Part shown: piece by piece, positions 32,967 to 42,596 of the stretch
Layout: each line of letters opens with the position of its first letter
Numbering within the stretch: the first letter of the stretch is position 1
Virus record (IMG/VR): IMGVR_UViG_3300027969_000060
Coordinates: 32,001 to 96,000 of that record
Length of the DNA: 64,000 nucleotides
From: a virus
Reading direction: 5' to 3' (one strand)
Made by a program: the position numbers and the translations under genes
Notes under the pieces: generated by a model
What the model was told of the DNA's origin: nothing
Databases searched by the model: none
What the model saw: the letters and a program-made list of their open reading frames with translations, nothing else

Positions 32967-33434
32967 CTAGGTATCAAAGTTAAAAGCCATGCTTATTCTG
33001 TCTTCATCAGAGTTGTTAGCTAGTACCCGATGTTCTATTCCAGCTGGGGCAATTAAAAGTAAACCTTCGTACGGAGTAATAGATATTACTTTATCGTTGT
33101 GTTTAAATTCTATATTTCCGCTACTCTCAGGAATCTGTATATAAAATACACCTATACTACTTGCCCCACCATGACTGTGCCATCTGTGATGAGCATTTTT
33201 AGGACTTATATTAAACCAAACAGCGGTAGGCGTACTAGTTGCATTTGCTGTTGAACAACAATTTTTTAAAAAATTATCAATCCATTGTATTTCTTTGGTG
33301 TTTGAATATTGCTTAGATTGCCATCCTAAAATGTTACTTCTTAAACGAGGAGTACTTTTATTTTTTAATTCGTAGATGTTTTCAAGTAGTTCTTTAGGAA
33401 ATACAAGGTCATATTGTTTAATTTGATCTAGCAT
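32967..33434 (-). CDS. 2OG-Fe(II) oxygenase superfamily protein (HxH type)
   Basis: RSNILGWQS, WFNISPKNAHHRWHSH, GVFYI, HRVLAN.SDEDRISMAFN. Confidence 0.85.
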   Translation of the reverse strand: MLDQIKQYDLVFPKELLENIYELKNKSTPRLRSNILGWQSKQYSNTKEIQWIDNFLKNCCSTANATSTPTAVWFNISPKNAHHRWHSHGGASSIGVFYIQIPESSGNIEFKHNDKVISITPYEGLLLIAPAGIEHRVLANNSDEDRISMAFNFDT

Positions 33435-33453
33435 ACAATATTTAACTCAAGAG

Positions 33454-33475
33454 AAAGGGCTCCGAAGAGCCCTTT
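33454..33475 (-). terminator. Rho-independent terminator after the major capsid gene
   Basis: AAAGGGCUC-UUCG-GAGCCCUUU (C-UUCG-G loop) 21 nt after the gp23 stop. Confidence 0.85.
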
Positions 33476-33496
33476 AATTGCTTGGATAAGTTTAGA

Positions 33497-34666
33497 TTAA
33501 CTGAACTTAACTGCGCCTGAGGTAATATCAACTTTACCTAAGTAGTCAGCCGCGTTACCTAAAGATGACGCAGTGTTTGACAACTCAACATAACCATAAC
33601 GTGTCATGAATGATACGACTGGTTCAAATGTTGATGGATCTAACACAACACCAGAACTCATTAGAGGAATGTATGGGCAATAGAACGCTGCCGCATCAGA
33701 CTCTGATGAACCTTTGTAACCGATCAACACTGCTGTTGCATCGTTTGCGTATGTGTTAACATAGATCTTCATTGCTGAATTCAATGTACCAACAAACTTA
33801 GTGTTTGTAGGTGCTTCGAATGTACCTTCTGTTGTACGAGCAAATGCGCTTGTAGTAGCAGATTGTAGAATTGTTAAAGCAAATGGACTTACTACTGCCC
33901 AGTTACCAGCACCGCGACGTGTACGTTGTGCGATCAAGTTGCTTACGCGATTGATCTGAACAGCTAATGCGGCATGCTCATCACCAACGAATGTTGCTGT
34001 ACCAGATACTTGTGACTGGTCATAAGTTTCTGATGCTGAACCAGCTAAAGAAGCTAGGGAACCTAGAATCTCTTGGTCGATTTCAGCAGTGATTTCTTGT
34101 GCTAAAGCAGCCATAACTTCTGCTTCGATGTCAATACCTTGTTGGGCTTGTGCATCTTGAGCAGCCTCGAATGTCCAACGTGCAGACAACTTACGAGTTT
34201 TAGCTTCAACTGTTTGCTTCAAGATTTGAATGCTCATACGCTTACCAGCCGCACCTTCTAGAGTTGCTGTGCTTGTAGCTTTTGAACCTGGATCTTGATC
34301 GTTACCAGAATAACCAGCGGCGATCTTGAATGGGCTTAGTGCCTCTTCACCAGCTACTACGCCGTTACCGTTATCTGCATAACGTACACGTAATGTATGG
34401 ATTTGACCAACTGGGCCAGTCATTGGTTGTACACCAACTAACTCGTTAGCAATAACGGTTGGCATAACGCGACGGATCACTGGAAGGATCACGCGATTTA
34501 GTGTTGCGACGTTGCCGGCAGAAGTGGCACCAGCTGTAGGTGATTCCATCAAATACTTGCGAGTATTTTCTAGTGTAACACCCATTACTGATTTTTTAGT
34601 GCCTTGTAAGCCTTCTAATAGGGCTTCTTTAGTTTCTGCCCAACGGCCATTAAGTAGTTCTGACAT
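33497..34666 (-). CDS. gp23: Major capsid protein, T4 gp23-like
   Basis: LPVIRRVMPTVIANELVGVQPMTGPVGQIHTLR, VEAKTRKLSARWTFEAAQD, EITAEIDQE, AAFYCPYIPL, FMTRYG. Confidence 0.97.
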   Translation of the reverse strand: MSELLNGRWAETKEALLEGLQGTKKSVMGVTLENTRKYLMESPTAGATSAGNVATLNRVILPVIRRVMPTVIANELVGVQPMTGPVGQIHTLRVRYADNGNGVVAGEEALSPFKIAAGYSGNDQDPGSKATSTATLEGAAGKRMSIQILKQTVEAKTRKLSARWTFEAAQDAQAQQGIDIEAEVMAALAQEITAEIDQEILGSLASLAGSASETYDQSQVSGTATFVGDEHAALAVQINRVSNLIAQRTRRGAGNWAVVSPFALTILQSATTSAFARTTEGTFEAPTNTKFVGTLNSAMKIYVNTYANDATAVLIGYKGSSESDAAAFYCPYIPLMSSGVVLDPSTFEPVVSFMTRYGYVELSNTASSLGNAADYLGKVDITSGAVKFS

Positions 34667-34677
34667 TTAATTTCTCC

Positions 34678-35775
34678 TTAAAATTTTAGTCCAGCAAGGC
34701 GACGGATATCAACGATATTGCTATCACTCTCGCTGCTACGATTGCTGTTGGAAACTTTGTTTCCGGTAATTTCTTTAGCCTCTACTAGTGCCTGTTTCTT
34801 CTGCGGAGCTTTACCACCAGAAATAACTGATGGAAGATACTTGTCAAAACTTTCGTTTAGTCGAGTAGTTTTTACACTCTCCATTAATTCGCTCATGATT
34901 TCACGTTGCTCACTGTTAAGTGGAGCAAGCAATTCATTCATGATTTGTTTACGCTCTTGCGACTCTTTTAGTTTCGCAATTTCTGCTTGTTTACTTTCTA
35001 CTAGAGACAATGCTTGCGCGGCAGCGTGGGTAGCTTCAGCGATTGCTAGCTCTTTTACGTCTATGACTTTGAGTAATTTTGCAGTTTCTGATTTCTCAGA
35101 TAGGTAACTAGTTTGATATTCTGAAGCAAAAGCTTCGAATAACTTACGACCGAAGTCGTTACGACGAGCTGCCTCAATGTCTTCTTTCAAGCTGTTTAGT
35201 TCGGAATTTAATCCTTCACTAACAACGCGATCGACTAGACCAGCGGCACGTTCAATAAACTGTTGCTTAACTTTTTTAAGCTCTTCACGTCCTTCACGGA
35301 CTAGACGAACTTTAGTTTCAGCTAAGTCTTGTTTATCTTTGTAAAACTCTGTAATTTCTTGAGCAAGGGCTTCTACAACAAAATGTTCTAATGCGCCAAA
35401 CTTAGTAACCATTTCCATTTGATTTTCATGTAGCTCGGATACTTCTGATGCTAGTTGGCGAGTAACGAATTGCTTCAATACTGCGCTTTCTGTTTGCATC
35501 TTTTGAGCATACTTGACTTTCATTTTGGATAATTGTTTACGGTCATCAGCAAATTCAACAAGCTCAGCAGATAAATGATCTGTAACCATACGGTCAACAG
35601 CTTCAATCATTGTGTTCTTGTCGTGCTCATACTTCTGAGCAAACTCTTCGCGTAATTGAACTGCGACTTCCTCACGAGCTTCGCTAATGCGACTCTCAAA
35701 AGCCTGTTCAATGGATTCCTTGATCTCTTCAGAAATCACATTGTTTTCAAATAAACTTTTTAGTGCATCCAACAT
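34678..35775 (-). CDS. gp22: Prohead core/scaffold protein, gp22-like
   Basis: Coiled-coil, E/K-rich; lies between protease and capsid genes; GRKLFEAFASE motif. Confidence 0.8.
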   Translation of the reverse strand: MLDALKSLFENNVISEEIKESIEQAFESRISEAREEVAVQLREEFAQKYEHDKNTMIEAVDRMVTDHLSAELVEFADDRKQLSKMKVKYAQKMQTESAVLKQFVTRQLASEVSELHENQMEMVTKFGALEHFVVEALAQEITEFYKDKQDLAETKVRLVREGREELKKVKQQFIERAAGLVDRVVSEGLNSELNSLKEDIEAARRNDFGRKLFEAFASEYQTSYLSEKSETAKLLKVIDVKELAIAEATHAAAQALSLVESKQAEIAKLKESQERKQIMNELLAPLNSEQREIMSELMESVKTTRLNESFDKYLPSVISGGKAPQKKQALVEAKEITGNKVSNSNRSSESDSNIVDIRRLAGLKF

Positions 35776-35788
35776 GTGATTCTCCTTA

Positions 35789-36415
35789 TTATTGGAGTTT
35801 GCTTATTATACCTAATAAGCTCTCTTTGAGATATTTTTGTGCTTTAGGATCACCTTTGACCTCTTGCGCTATGCGTAAGGCACTTAATCCCCCTCGACTA
35901 TTCATCAAGTGTTCATAAATTGGTGTAGGATATGCTCCTGGAGCACTAGGTTGAGCCACCATATCTACTGTGATGATCTCAAAATCTGATACTTCACCGG
36001 AGCCGTCATCTTTGACGTTACCGGATCCGCGACTGCTAACTCCTAATTTCACTCCGCTTTCCAGCATTGTGCGAATCAGTTGTCCCATTGGTGTAGGTAA
36101 AATTTTAAGTTTACCGTAACCGTTAGGACCGTCCATCCACATATTTGTTATCATGTGTGATACACGGTCCAGGTTAATTTTTAAATCGTCTGGATGATCT
36201 ACTTCTCCGAGAACACTATAACCATTTTGAATCTGATCGTTTAGGGTTTTGACAGCCTTGCCAATCTCATTCACAGGGTAAACACGCTGGTTAGCGTTGC
36301 GTATACCGCCCTGGATGCAAATCCCGGACATGTATAAATTTTTACCATCTTTATCATCAGATTCAACGATCATGTTTGCTTCGTTGAAGCTTAGATTCTC
36401 TCGGAGGTATTTCAT
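35789..36415 (-). CDS. gp21: Prohead protease, gp21-like
   Basis: NANQRVYP, GEVDHP, LDRVSH, KILPTPMG, GVSSRGSG, D.VAQPSAPGAY. Confidence 0.95.
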   Translation of the reverse strand: MKYLRENLSFNEANMIVESDDKDGKNLYMSGICIQGGIRNANQRVYPVNEIGKAVKTLNDQIQNGYSVLGEVDHPDDLKINLDRVSHMITNMWMDGPNGYGKLKILPTPMGQLIRTMLESGVKLGVSSRGSGNVKDDGSGEVSDFEIITVDMVAQPSAPGAYPTPIYEHLMNSRGGLSALRIAQEVKGDPKAQKYLKESLLGIISKLQ

Positions 36416-36418
36416 AGA

Positions 36419-37249
36419 TTACTTACGTGATCCAATTAGACTCTTTCTATCTGGAGCTGTGTCAGCGGAACCTTTACGTTCTGCACCGTGACCTGGCTCT
36501 TTCTTTTTAAATGCTGTTTTACCAGCATTTGCACCTGGCTTATTAATGTTACCACCATCTTGAATAGATGTTGTTGGCTTTAATAGTCCGCCTTGTGTGC
36601 CGCCTTTCTCTGTTGAGAAACTCTTAGCAATATTAGCAGTTGTACCGCCCATATCGTTCTTACCAGCTACAGCTGAACGTGTATTAACACCATTGTCGCC
36701 GTGCTTTGGAGGGCTAATTTTGTTAACATATTCCATCATGTTATCTAATTCATCTGCACCACCAAACTCGTCGCCGCCCATTTCTGGTTCTGCGCCAAAC
36801 TCGTCACCGCCCATATCGTGCTCTTCGCCTTCTTCGCCAGCCATTAGCTGTTCAAATTCAGCTTTTAATTCGTCTAGTGCGTCTTCTAGGTCCATAACAC
36901 GATCTTCCATGTCACCACCTTCTTCACCTTCTTCACCGTCTTCTTCGTCACCTAGGTCGCCGATCATGTCGTCTGTAGCATCGCCACCAACATCATCTTC
37001 GCCGTCGTCTTCGCTATCATCTGCGGCATCGTCGGTTCCGGTATCATCTTCTTCGTCATCCGCTGACTCTTCGTATTCGTTTTCGCCGTCTATGGATTCT
37101 TCTTTTTCTTCGTCTTCGCTATCTAAAAGACTTTCATAAATTTCGCGGCTTTTTGCAACTACGATATTATGGAAAATCTCTTTTGCTGTTTCTTGATCTT
37201 CATTGATCAACGCCTCTAGCATGGCTTCAAATTGGGTACGATCAGTCAT
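36419..37249 (-). CDS. Highly acidic prohead core/internal protein (gp67/gp68 position)
   Basis: D/E-rich low-complexity middle and basic C-terminus; lies between portal and protease. Confidence 0.6.
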   Translation of the reverse strand: MTDRTQFEAMLEALINEDQETAKEIFHNIVVAKSREIYESLLDSEDEEKEESIDGENEYEESADDEEDDTGTDDAADDSEDDGEDDVGGDATDDMIGDLGDEEDGEEGEEGGDMEDRVMDLEDALDELKAEFEQLMAGEEGEEHDMGGDEFGAEPEMGGDEFGGADELDNMMEYVNKISPPKHGDNGVNTRSAVAGKNDMGGTTANIAKSFSTEKGGTQGGLLKPTTSIQDGGNINKPGANAGKTAFKKKEPGHGAERKGSADTAPDRKSLIGSRK

Positions 37250-37359
37250 TGTTTATCTCCTGTGATTGATGGTTACAAGGCTGTATTATATTTACACTTT
37301 ACTTTAAAAAGTGGTATAATATAGCCGCAAAACGACTCGTTTTTAAAAATGCGTGTTAT

Positions 37360-37599
37360 TTATGCCGGCGGCGCCGCTGGGGCCGCGTACATACTATGTA
37401 TAAAACCTAATTCTCTTTCTTGATCTAGTATATGAGCTTCACTGCTCTTTCTTAATTCGTTAATTTGGCGAAGTGTTAATCGTGTCTTACGAGTATCTTT
37501 GCGATGCATTGTGGTAGAGTCGCGGTCAGGCGAATAACGTAAGTCATTTGCTGTCCGTCTTGTATCAGGATCAATATAAAACAATTCGCGAAGTATCAT
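37360..37599 (-). CDS. Small head-module protein (79 aa)
   Basis: RKTRLTLRQINELRK motif; ATAAATA box 5 nt upstream of the ATG. Confidence 0.6.
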   Translation of the reverse strand: MILRELFYIDPDTRRTANDLRYSPDRDSTTMHRKDTRKTRLTLRQINELRKSSEAHILDQERELGFIHSMYAAPAAPPA

Positions 37600-37607
37600 A
37601 CGTGTAT

Positions 37608-39332
37608 TTATGCAGTTGGTACTGTTGCAGGGGCCCCGCCAACTGGAGGTGGTGCGGCGCCTTCTGTGCCTGGAGGTAAGTCACCTTCAATGTCTTCCGG
37701 AGCACTCATATCGCCTGCGGCTCCGAGGTCGCCTTCGATACCTGCGGCACTTAGACCTGCTGAACGTAATTCTCCGGCGGCATCAGTATAAGTAGGCTCA
37801 CCTTTTCCGTTCTCTTCAGCCCACATGCGTTCGTTTTCTGCTACTTCTTCGTCATTTAGACCTAAGAAACGCTTAAGAGCAAAGCGTTTTGACATAAACG
37901 GAACTGCTTGAATGGTGTTAAATGTGTTAATACGTTCTGCGTCAAGCGCACTTTGACGTGTTGATGCAAAGTTTAAAGGCGGATTAAACTTTAATTCAAA
38001 CAAGTTTGCATCAAGATTTAAACCTTTACTGTACATAAACATCTTAAACTCTTCATCAAACATATGTGATACTAGAGCTTGCAAGCGTTCGCAGTACTTG
38101 TTAAAACGTAATTCTTGAATGTATGCTGTACCAACACGGCCGTCATTATAACTTGCTTGACTATCGTCTGCGCCTGTTGGCAGATAGCTCGATGGTATAC
38201 GTAAACCGCGGAATAATTTGTTAGTAAAGTACTTTAAGTCATCAATCTCACCTAGGTTAGTACCGCCTGGTAGTGTTTCAACTTTTGATCCACGACCTTC
38301 AGCAGTTTGCGGAAAGAAGTAGTCTTCGTTGATGCTTAAAGGATTGTAAGCGGAGTCTATGACATTTTGTCCACCACCCGTTTGACTTGGTATGCGGCGT
38401 TGGTGAATTTCATTTTTGACACGCTCAACGAATGCCATAGCCATGTGACTTGGCATATTGCCCACGTCAATATGAAATACTCTACGCTCTGGAGCACGTT
38501 GTATACGATAAATTAGAATCGCATCTTCTAGTAGTTCTTTTTGCTTGTAAACTTTAAAGATATTTTCTAATAAACTGTTACCGAATGGGTAGTTGTTGTC
38601 TAATCCTTCACTTAAACTTAAATGAATAACATGTTCTGCATTAATAGCATATTCAGTTTCTGTTGTTCCAAACCTACTACTGCTAGAAGGAATGCTTGAT
38701 CCCTTTTGAGCACCACCTGCACCAAACGGACTTGCGCCACCAATGCCACCACCTTGCCTAGTATTGATGTTAGGAGTTATTTGTGTAGCAACTAAATCCA
38801 TAAAGTTGGGTGCTAGATCTTTAACAACATATTGTTCAGGCTTCTTGCCTTCACTTTCGTTAACAATAACCTTAACTAATTTACTTGGATCTACATAAGT
38901 CCACTTTTGATTTTCAGGGTCGCGAATAAAAAATGCATCACCGTACTTGAACGTGTTACGCATAATACGGAAAATACGTGTGTCAAACTTTTGCAGTTTG
39001 CACCATTGTTGCATGTATTCGCCTAGAATTTTAATTTCTGAGTTAGTGGCTTTGTGGCGCCACTGTACTGTAAATGGAGTTTTGCCGTCTTTTAGTTTTT
39101 GTGTACAAAATTCAGCAAGAATATCTAGTGCCGCGTTAACTTCTGGATCAGCATCCATAGTTTCATATTGCTGATAACGTTCAATTCTATTAGGACTGCC
39201 AGAATATACATCGGGGAGATAGCTACTATAGTTAGATTTAGCTGGACCTGCTTTAGCTAAAGAGTTTGAACTAGAAAGAGGACTTAAAGAAGTGCCAGTT
39301 GGTACTGGTGTAAAGAATTTTTTCCAGCTCAT
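37608..39332 (-). CDS. gp20: Portal protein, gp20-like
   Basis: LLEDAILIYRIQRAPERRVFHIDVGNMP, EDYFFP...GRGSKVETLPGG.NLGEIDD..YF..KL.RGLRIP.S. Confidence 0.96.
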   Translation of the reverse strand: MSWKKFFTPVPTGTSLSPLSSSNSLAKAGPAKSNYSSYLPDVYSGSPNRIERYQQYETMDADPEVNAALDILAEFCTQKLKDGKTPFTVQWRHKATNSEIKILGEYMQQWCKLQKFDTRIFRIMRNTFKYGDAFFIRDPENQKWTYVDPSKLVKVIVNESEGKKPEQYVVKDLAPNFMDLVATQITPNINTRQGGGIGGASPFGAGGAQKGSSIPSSSSRFGTTETEYAINAEHVIHLSLSEGLDNNYPFGNSLLENIFKVYKQKELLEDAILIYRIQRAPERRVFHIDVGNMPSHMAMAFVERVKNEIHQRRIPSQTGGGQNVIDSAYNPLSINEDYFFPQTAEGRGSKVETLPGGTNLGEIDDLKYFTNKLFRGLRIPSSYLPTGADDSQASYNDGRVGTAYIQELRFNKYCERLQALVSHMFDEEFKMFMYSKGLNLDANLFELKFNPPLNFASTRQSALDAERINTFNTIQAVPFMSKRFALKRFLGLNDEEVAENERMWAEENGKGEPTYTDAAGELRSAGLSAAGIEGDLGAAGDMSAPEDIEGDLPPGTEGAAPPPVGGAPATVPTA

Positions 39333-39335
39333 TGT

Positions 39336-41705
39336 TTATCCTATAGTAAATCTATTATCAGCGGCTGATGCTAATTGATTATTTCCGCTCTGTGCAATTT
39401 GGTTTCCTTCTTGCAATAGTCCACCCATTCCTGCCACGCTAGTATTTAACTTTTCTAGTAGCCCTGCAAGCATATCTTGATTCGGTAAACCTGTTGGAAC
39501 AGCCGCTTCTTGTGTTGCCGGCGCTGGGCCTGTTTCTGTCTGGGCGGCCTTAGTACCTAATTCCGATGAAAGACCAGCAGTCATACCTTTAAGGCCGCCA
39601 AATAAACCGTCTGTGCTTGGCATTGACATGTTAGACAGCGGTTTAAACATATCTGTCATTCCGGAAGTAAGTGGTTTAAACATGTCCGGGCCAAACTTAC
39701 CAGCAACTCCTTCTAGAGTTTTACTAACATCGGGCATCTTAATATCACCCATCATCTTAGTAATATCTGGCATTTTACTAAAATCAGGCATCTTAATATC
39801 ACCCATCATCTTAGTAATATCTGGCATTTTACTAAAATCAGGCATCTTAATATCGCCAGTTTTGTTAATTCCAGTTTCACCAGGCATTCCGTCAATTAAT
39901 TTACCAACAACTGTATCTAGTTGATTTTGCATTCCGCCTGCGGCATCTTTTGGAGCTGTTGATTCTTTCTTTTTGCTAGAAGCACCGGACATTTTTGATT
40001 GTAGTGCTTCACCAATAGCAGTCCATTGCTTTTTATTAGAAACTACTTCTTCCCCGTCTAATTGCACCATCTCCCCATTAGGATCAAATTTTTCTAGGGC
40101 TTCCATCCAACCTTTAGGTACACCTTGTGTTTCTTGTTTTACATTTCCAAGTAAATCATCTAAACCTGGACTACCTCCTAAACGTACACGAGGCGTTGGT
40201 TTTTCTACCGGTGTTCTAACTTCTGTTGGAGTTGCTTCTTGTCCTGTTTTTGCGGCTTTGGCGCCTGGCATCATTAATACTGCTTTACTAAAGTTGTCTA
40301 CTGCACCTGAAAATTTCTCATAGCCTGCGGCCTGCAGTTTGTTAAAATTATTTCTAGCGGCAATATCAGCAGCCACAATATTTTGAAATGCTTCAGTTCC
40401 TGGTGCTTTTGCTCCGTCTGGTGTTCGACCTGAAGCATTTGCAGCCATTTGGCTTGCTTGAAAGTCTCTAACTGTTTGTACTGAGCCTGCTGTAGTAGGG
40501 CCTCGTTGTCCTAATTGCTGTGCGCCTGTTGATTGCAACTGTAAACGTGACAGTTCTTGTCCTGCAATTCTACGCATTGATTGGCCAACCGCATCATCAG
40601 TGTATTTTTGAGACTGTGCTTGCGCGGCAAATCCGCCTGGACCTTGCTGACGCATGTAAGCATCCATATTATTTTTAGCCAGTTGAAGTCGTTGTTCTCC
40701 TTCTTTTCTCTGTTCTTCTGTTTTAGCGTTTCTTAATGCTAATGCGGCTTCACCTAATGCAGTACCTGCAGGCCCAATAGCACTTAAATTATTGCCGGCT
40801 TTTTCAGTCACTACACCCATGGCAAATATTTCGTCAATAGAACCTTGAAGTTCACTTCCTAAATCCCCGGTGACATTTTTTAATGCTCTATACGAGTCAT
40901 TCAGTTCTTTGCCGCCGGACAACAATGCCAAATTCACATCCAAGTCTTCTGATCGAACTGCATTTTCTCTCATCAGCTGGTCTGTAGTTTTATTGGTAAC
41001 GGCAGCATTGTTTAACATTGCCATTGAAAATTCACCAACACTCTTAATAGCTTCTTTTCTTGATTTCTCATCTTGCAATCCAAGATTTTGACTTCTTATA
41101 AGAGCATTAGTAGCTATCTCATTGATCTGTTCAGGAACCATTCCCATACTTTCAAACATCTTGCCAGGTTTAGACTCTCTAAAATCTTTCTGGAATGCTA
41201 AAAGCTCTTTGGCTGCATCTACGTTATTAGATGCTAAACCAGTCATTGATCCCTGTACTTTTGCTAACTGCGTCTGGAAGTGTTGGACATTTCCTCCGCT
41301 TTCAGCTAGTTTCTTACCCCAGTCGGCAGTTTGACCTGCAGATAACATACCAGACCCAATCATCGCCTTTTGCATGTCTACGGTGCCCATGAAACTATTT
41401 TTCATGGCATCAAAACCAGACTGGACTCCTAGTACATTACCAGTCATCTTGCCTAATCCTGCGCTAACCCCTTCTAGTACTGATCCAACTGCACTACCAC
41501 CTTTTCCGGCACGTTCAAATCCTTTCACTACACTGTCAACAGCCCCGTTAACATCTTTGGCATTTGCTCCGGTTATGCTGGCGCCGCCACTACCCCCCGG
41601 ACTGCTGCCGCCAGGAGTGTTCCGTAGAGCGGAGGCAAATGTACTTGCTTGACCAGTAAGCAAATCTTTCATTTGATCGTAGGTAATTGGGTTGGCACCT
41701 GACAT
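39336..41705 (-). CDS. Probable tape measure protein (789 aa)
   Basis: Long A/G/Q/M-rich, apparently helical protein with internal tandem repeats; divergent from a gp26/gp51-like chaperone pair carrying a frameshift signal. Confidence 0.55.
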   Translation of the reverse strand: MSGANPITYDQMKDLLTGQASTFASALRNTPGGSSPGGSGGASITGANAKDVNGAVDSVVKGFERAGKGGSAVGSVLEGVSAGLGKMTGNVLGVQSGFDAMKNSFMGTVDMQKAMIGSGMLSAGQTADWGKKLAESGGNVQHFQTQLAKVQGSMTGLASNNVDAAKELLAFQKDFRESKPGKMFESMGMVPEQINEIATNALIRSQNLGLQDEKSRKEAIKSVGEFSMAMLNNAAVTNKTTDQLMRENAVRSEDLDVNLALLSGGKELNDSYRALKNVTGDLGSELQGSIDEIFAMGVVTEKAGNNLSAIGPAGTALGEAALALRNAKTEEQRKEGEQRLQLAKNNMDAYMRQQGPGGFAAQAQSQKYTDDAVGQSMRRIAGQELSRLQLQSTGAQQLGQRGPTTAGSVQTVRDFQASQMAANASGRTPDGAKAPGTEAFQNIVAADIAARNNFNKLQAAGYEKFSGAVDNFSKAVLMMPGAKAAKTGQEATPTEVRTPVEKPTPRVRLGGSPGLDDLLGNVKQETQGVPKGWMEALEKFDPNGEMVQLDGEEVVSNKKQWTAIGEALQSKMSGASSKKKESTAPKDAAGGMQNQLDTVVGKLIDGMPGETGINKTGDIKMPDFSKMPDITKMMGDIKMPDFSKMPDITKMMGDIKMPDVSKTLEGVAGKFGPDMFKPLTSGMTDMFKPLSNMSMPSTDGLFGGLKGMTAGLSSELGTKAAQTETGPAPATQEAAVPTGLPNQDMLAGLLEKLNTSVAGMGGLLQEGNQIAQSGNNQLASAADNRFTIG
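39733..39854. repeat. Perfect 54-bp tandem repeat (~2.3 copies) in the putative tape measure gene
   Basis: Unit GGCATCTTAATATCACCCATCATCTTAGTAATATCTGGCATTTTACTAAAATCA at 39733 and 39787, partial at 39841; encodes GDIKMPDFSKMPDITKMM. Confidence 0.95.
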
Positions 41706-41730
41706 AAATTAAATCCTGAAAAAGTACGTA

Positions 41731-41756
41731 TATAAATAAGCGTATGTTATATTTAT
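41731..41756. promoter_or_regulatory. Pair of opposed late promoters
   Basis: TATAAATA on + (41731-41738) towards the gp26-like gene; ATAAATA on - (41750-41756) towards the tape-measure-like gene. Confidence 0.7.
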
Positions 41757-41768
41757 CCGGAGTTTAAA

Positions 41769-42596
41769 ATGGCCCAAAATCCACTACAGCAATTCTTTCG
41801 TCAACCAAAAATTTATATTAAGTTTCCTTCTGAGGGTGCTTATACTAAACCAGGTGTACTACAAGGTAATACATCAAATGCACCCGTGTACGGCATGACT
41901 GGCATGGACGAAATTTTAATTAAAACACCCGATGCGTTAATCAGTGGTGAAAGCACAGTTAAGGTTATAGAAAGCTGTTGCCCTATTGTTAAAAACGCAT
42001 GGGAAATAAACAATCTTGATGTTGAAGTATTGCTAACTGCAATTCGTATTGCAACCTACGGTGATGTTATTACAATTACACATGTATGCAATCATTGTAA
42101 AGAAGAAAGCGATTACGAATTAGGACTATCTAAACTAATTGAACATTTTGGTGATATCAAATACGACAATCAAGTTGTATTAAAAGATGTAGTAGTTAGA
42201 TTGCAACCGTTAACGTATCGTCAAGTTACAGACTACGGGCTTAAGAATTTTCAATTACAACAAAAGTTAAAACAAATTGCGACGGTTGAAGACGATGAAG
42301 ATCGACAAAAACAAATATCAGCAATATATGTTGAATTTGCTCTATTGCAAAATGAAATTTATAGTGCTAGTATTGAAGCAGTTGAAGCAAATGGACAAGT
42401 AGTTAGCGAAAAAGCATTTATTAACGAATGGTTAGTTAATACAGATAAAGTTTCTATCGACAAAGTCCGTGCTAAAGTCGATGAAAACAGAGATCGGTGG
42501 AAAAATCCACCGCAGACGGTTACTTGTCCTGAATGTAGTGGAGAAAACACAATATCTATTGAATTGGACCATTCAGATTTTTTCGCCAACGCCTAA
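41769..42596 (+). CDS. gp26: Baseplate hub assembly protein, gp26-like
   Basis: NPLQQFFRQPKIYIKFPS, MTGMDEILIKTPDAL, LLTAIRIATYG, CNHC and CPEC pairs. Confidence 0.8.
   Translation: MAQNPLQQFFRQPKIYIKFPSEGAYTKPGVLQGNTSNAPVYGMTGMDEILIKTPDALISGESTVKVIESCCPIVKNAWEINNLDVEVLLTAIRIATYGDVITITHVCNHCKEESDYELGLSKLIEHFGDIKYDNQVVLKDVVVRLQPLTYRQVTDYGLKNFQLQQKLKQIATVEDDEDRQKQISAIYVEFALLQNEIYSASIEAVEANGQVVSEKAFINEWLVNTDKVSIDKVRAKVDENRDRWKNPPQTVTCPECSGENTISIELDHSDFFANA

Noticed and set aside
36760-36815. Short duplication encoding MGGDEFG twice in the acidic core protein
   Set aside because: Ordinary low-complexity repeat in a disordered acidic region.
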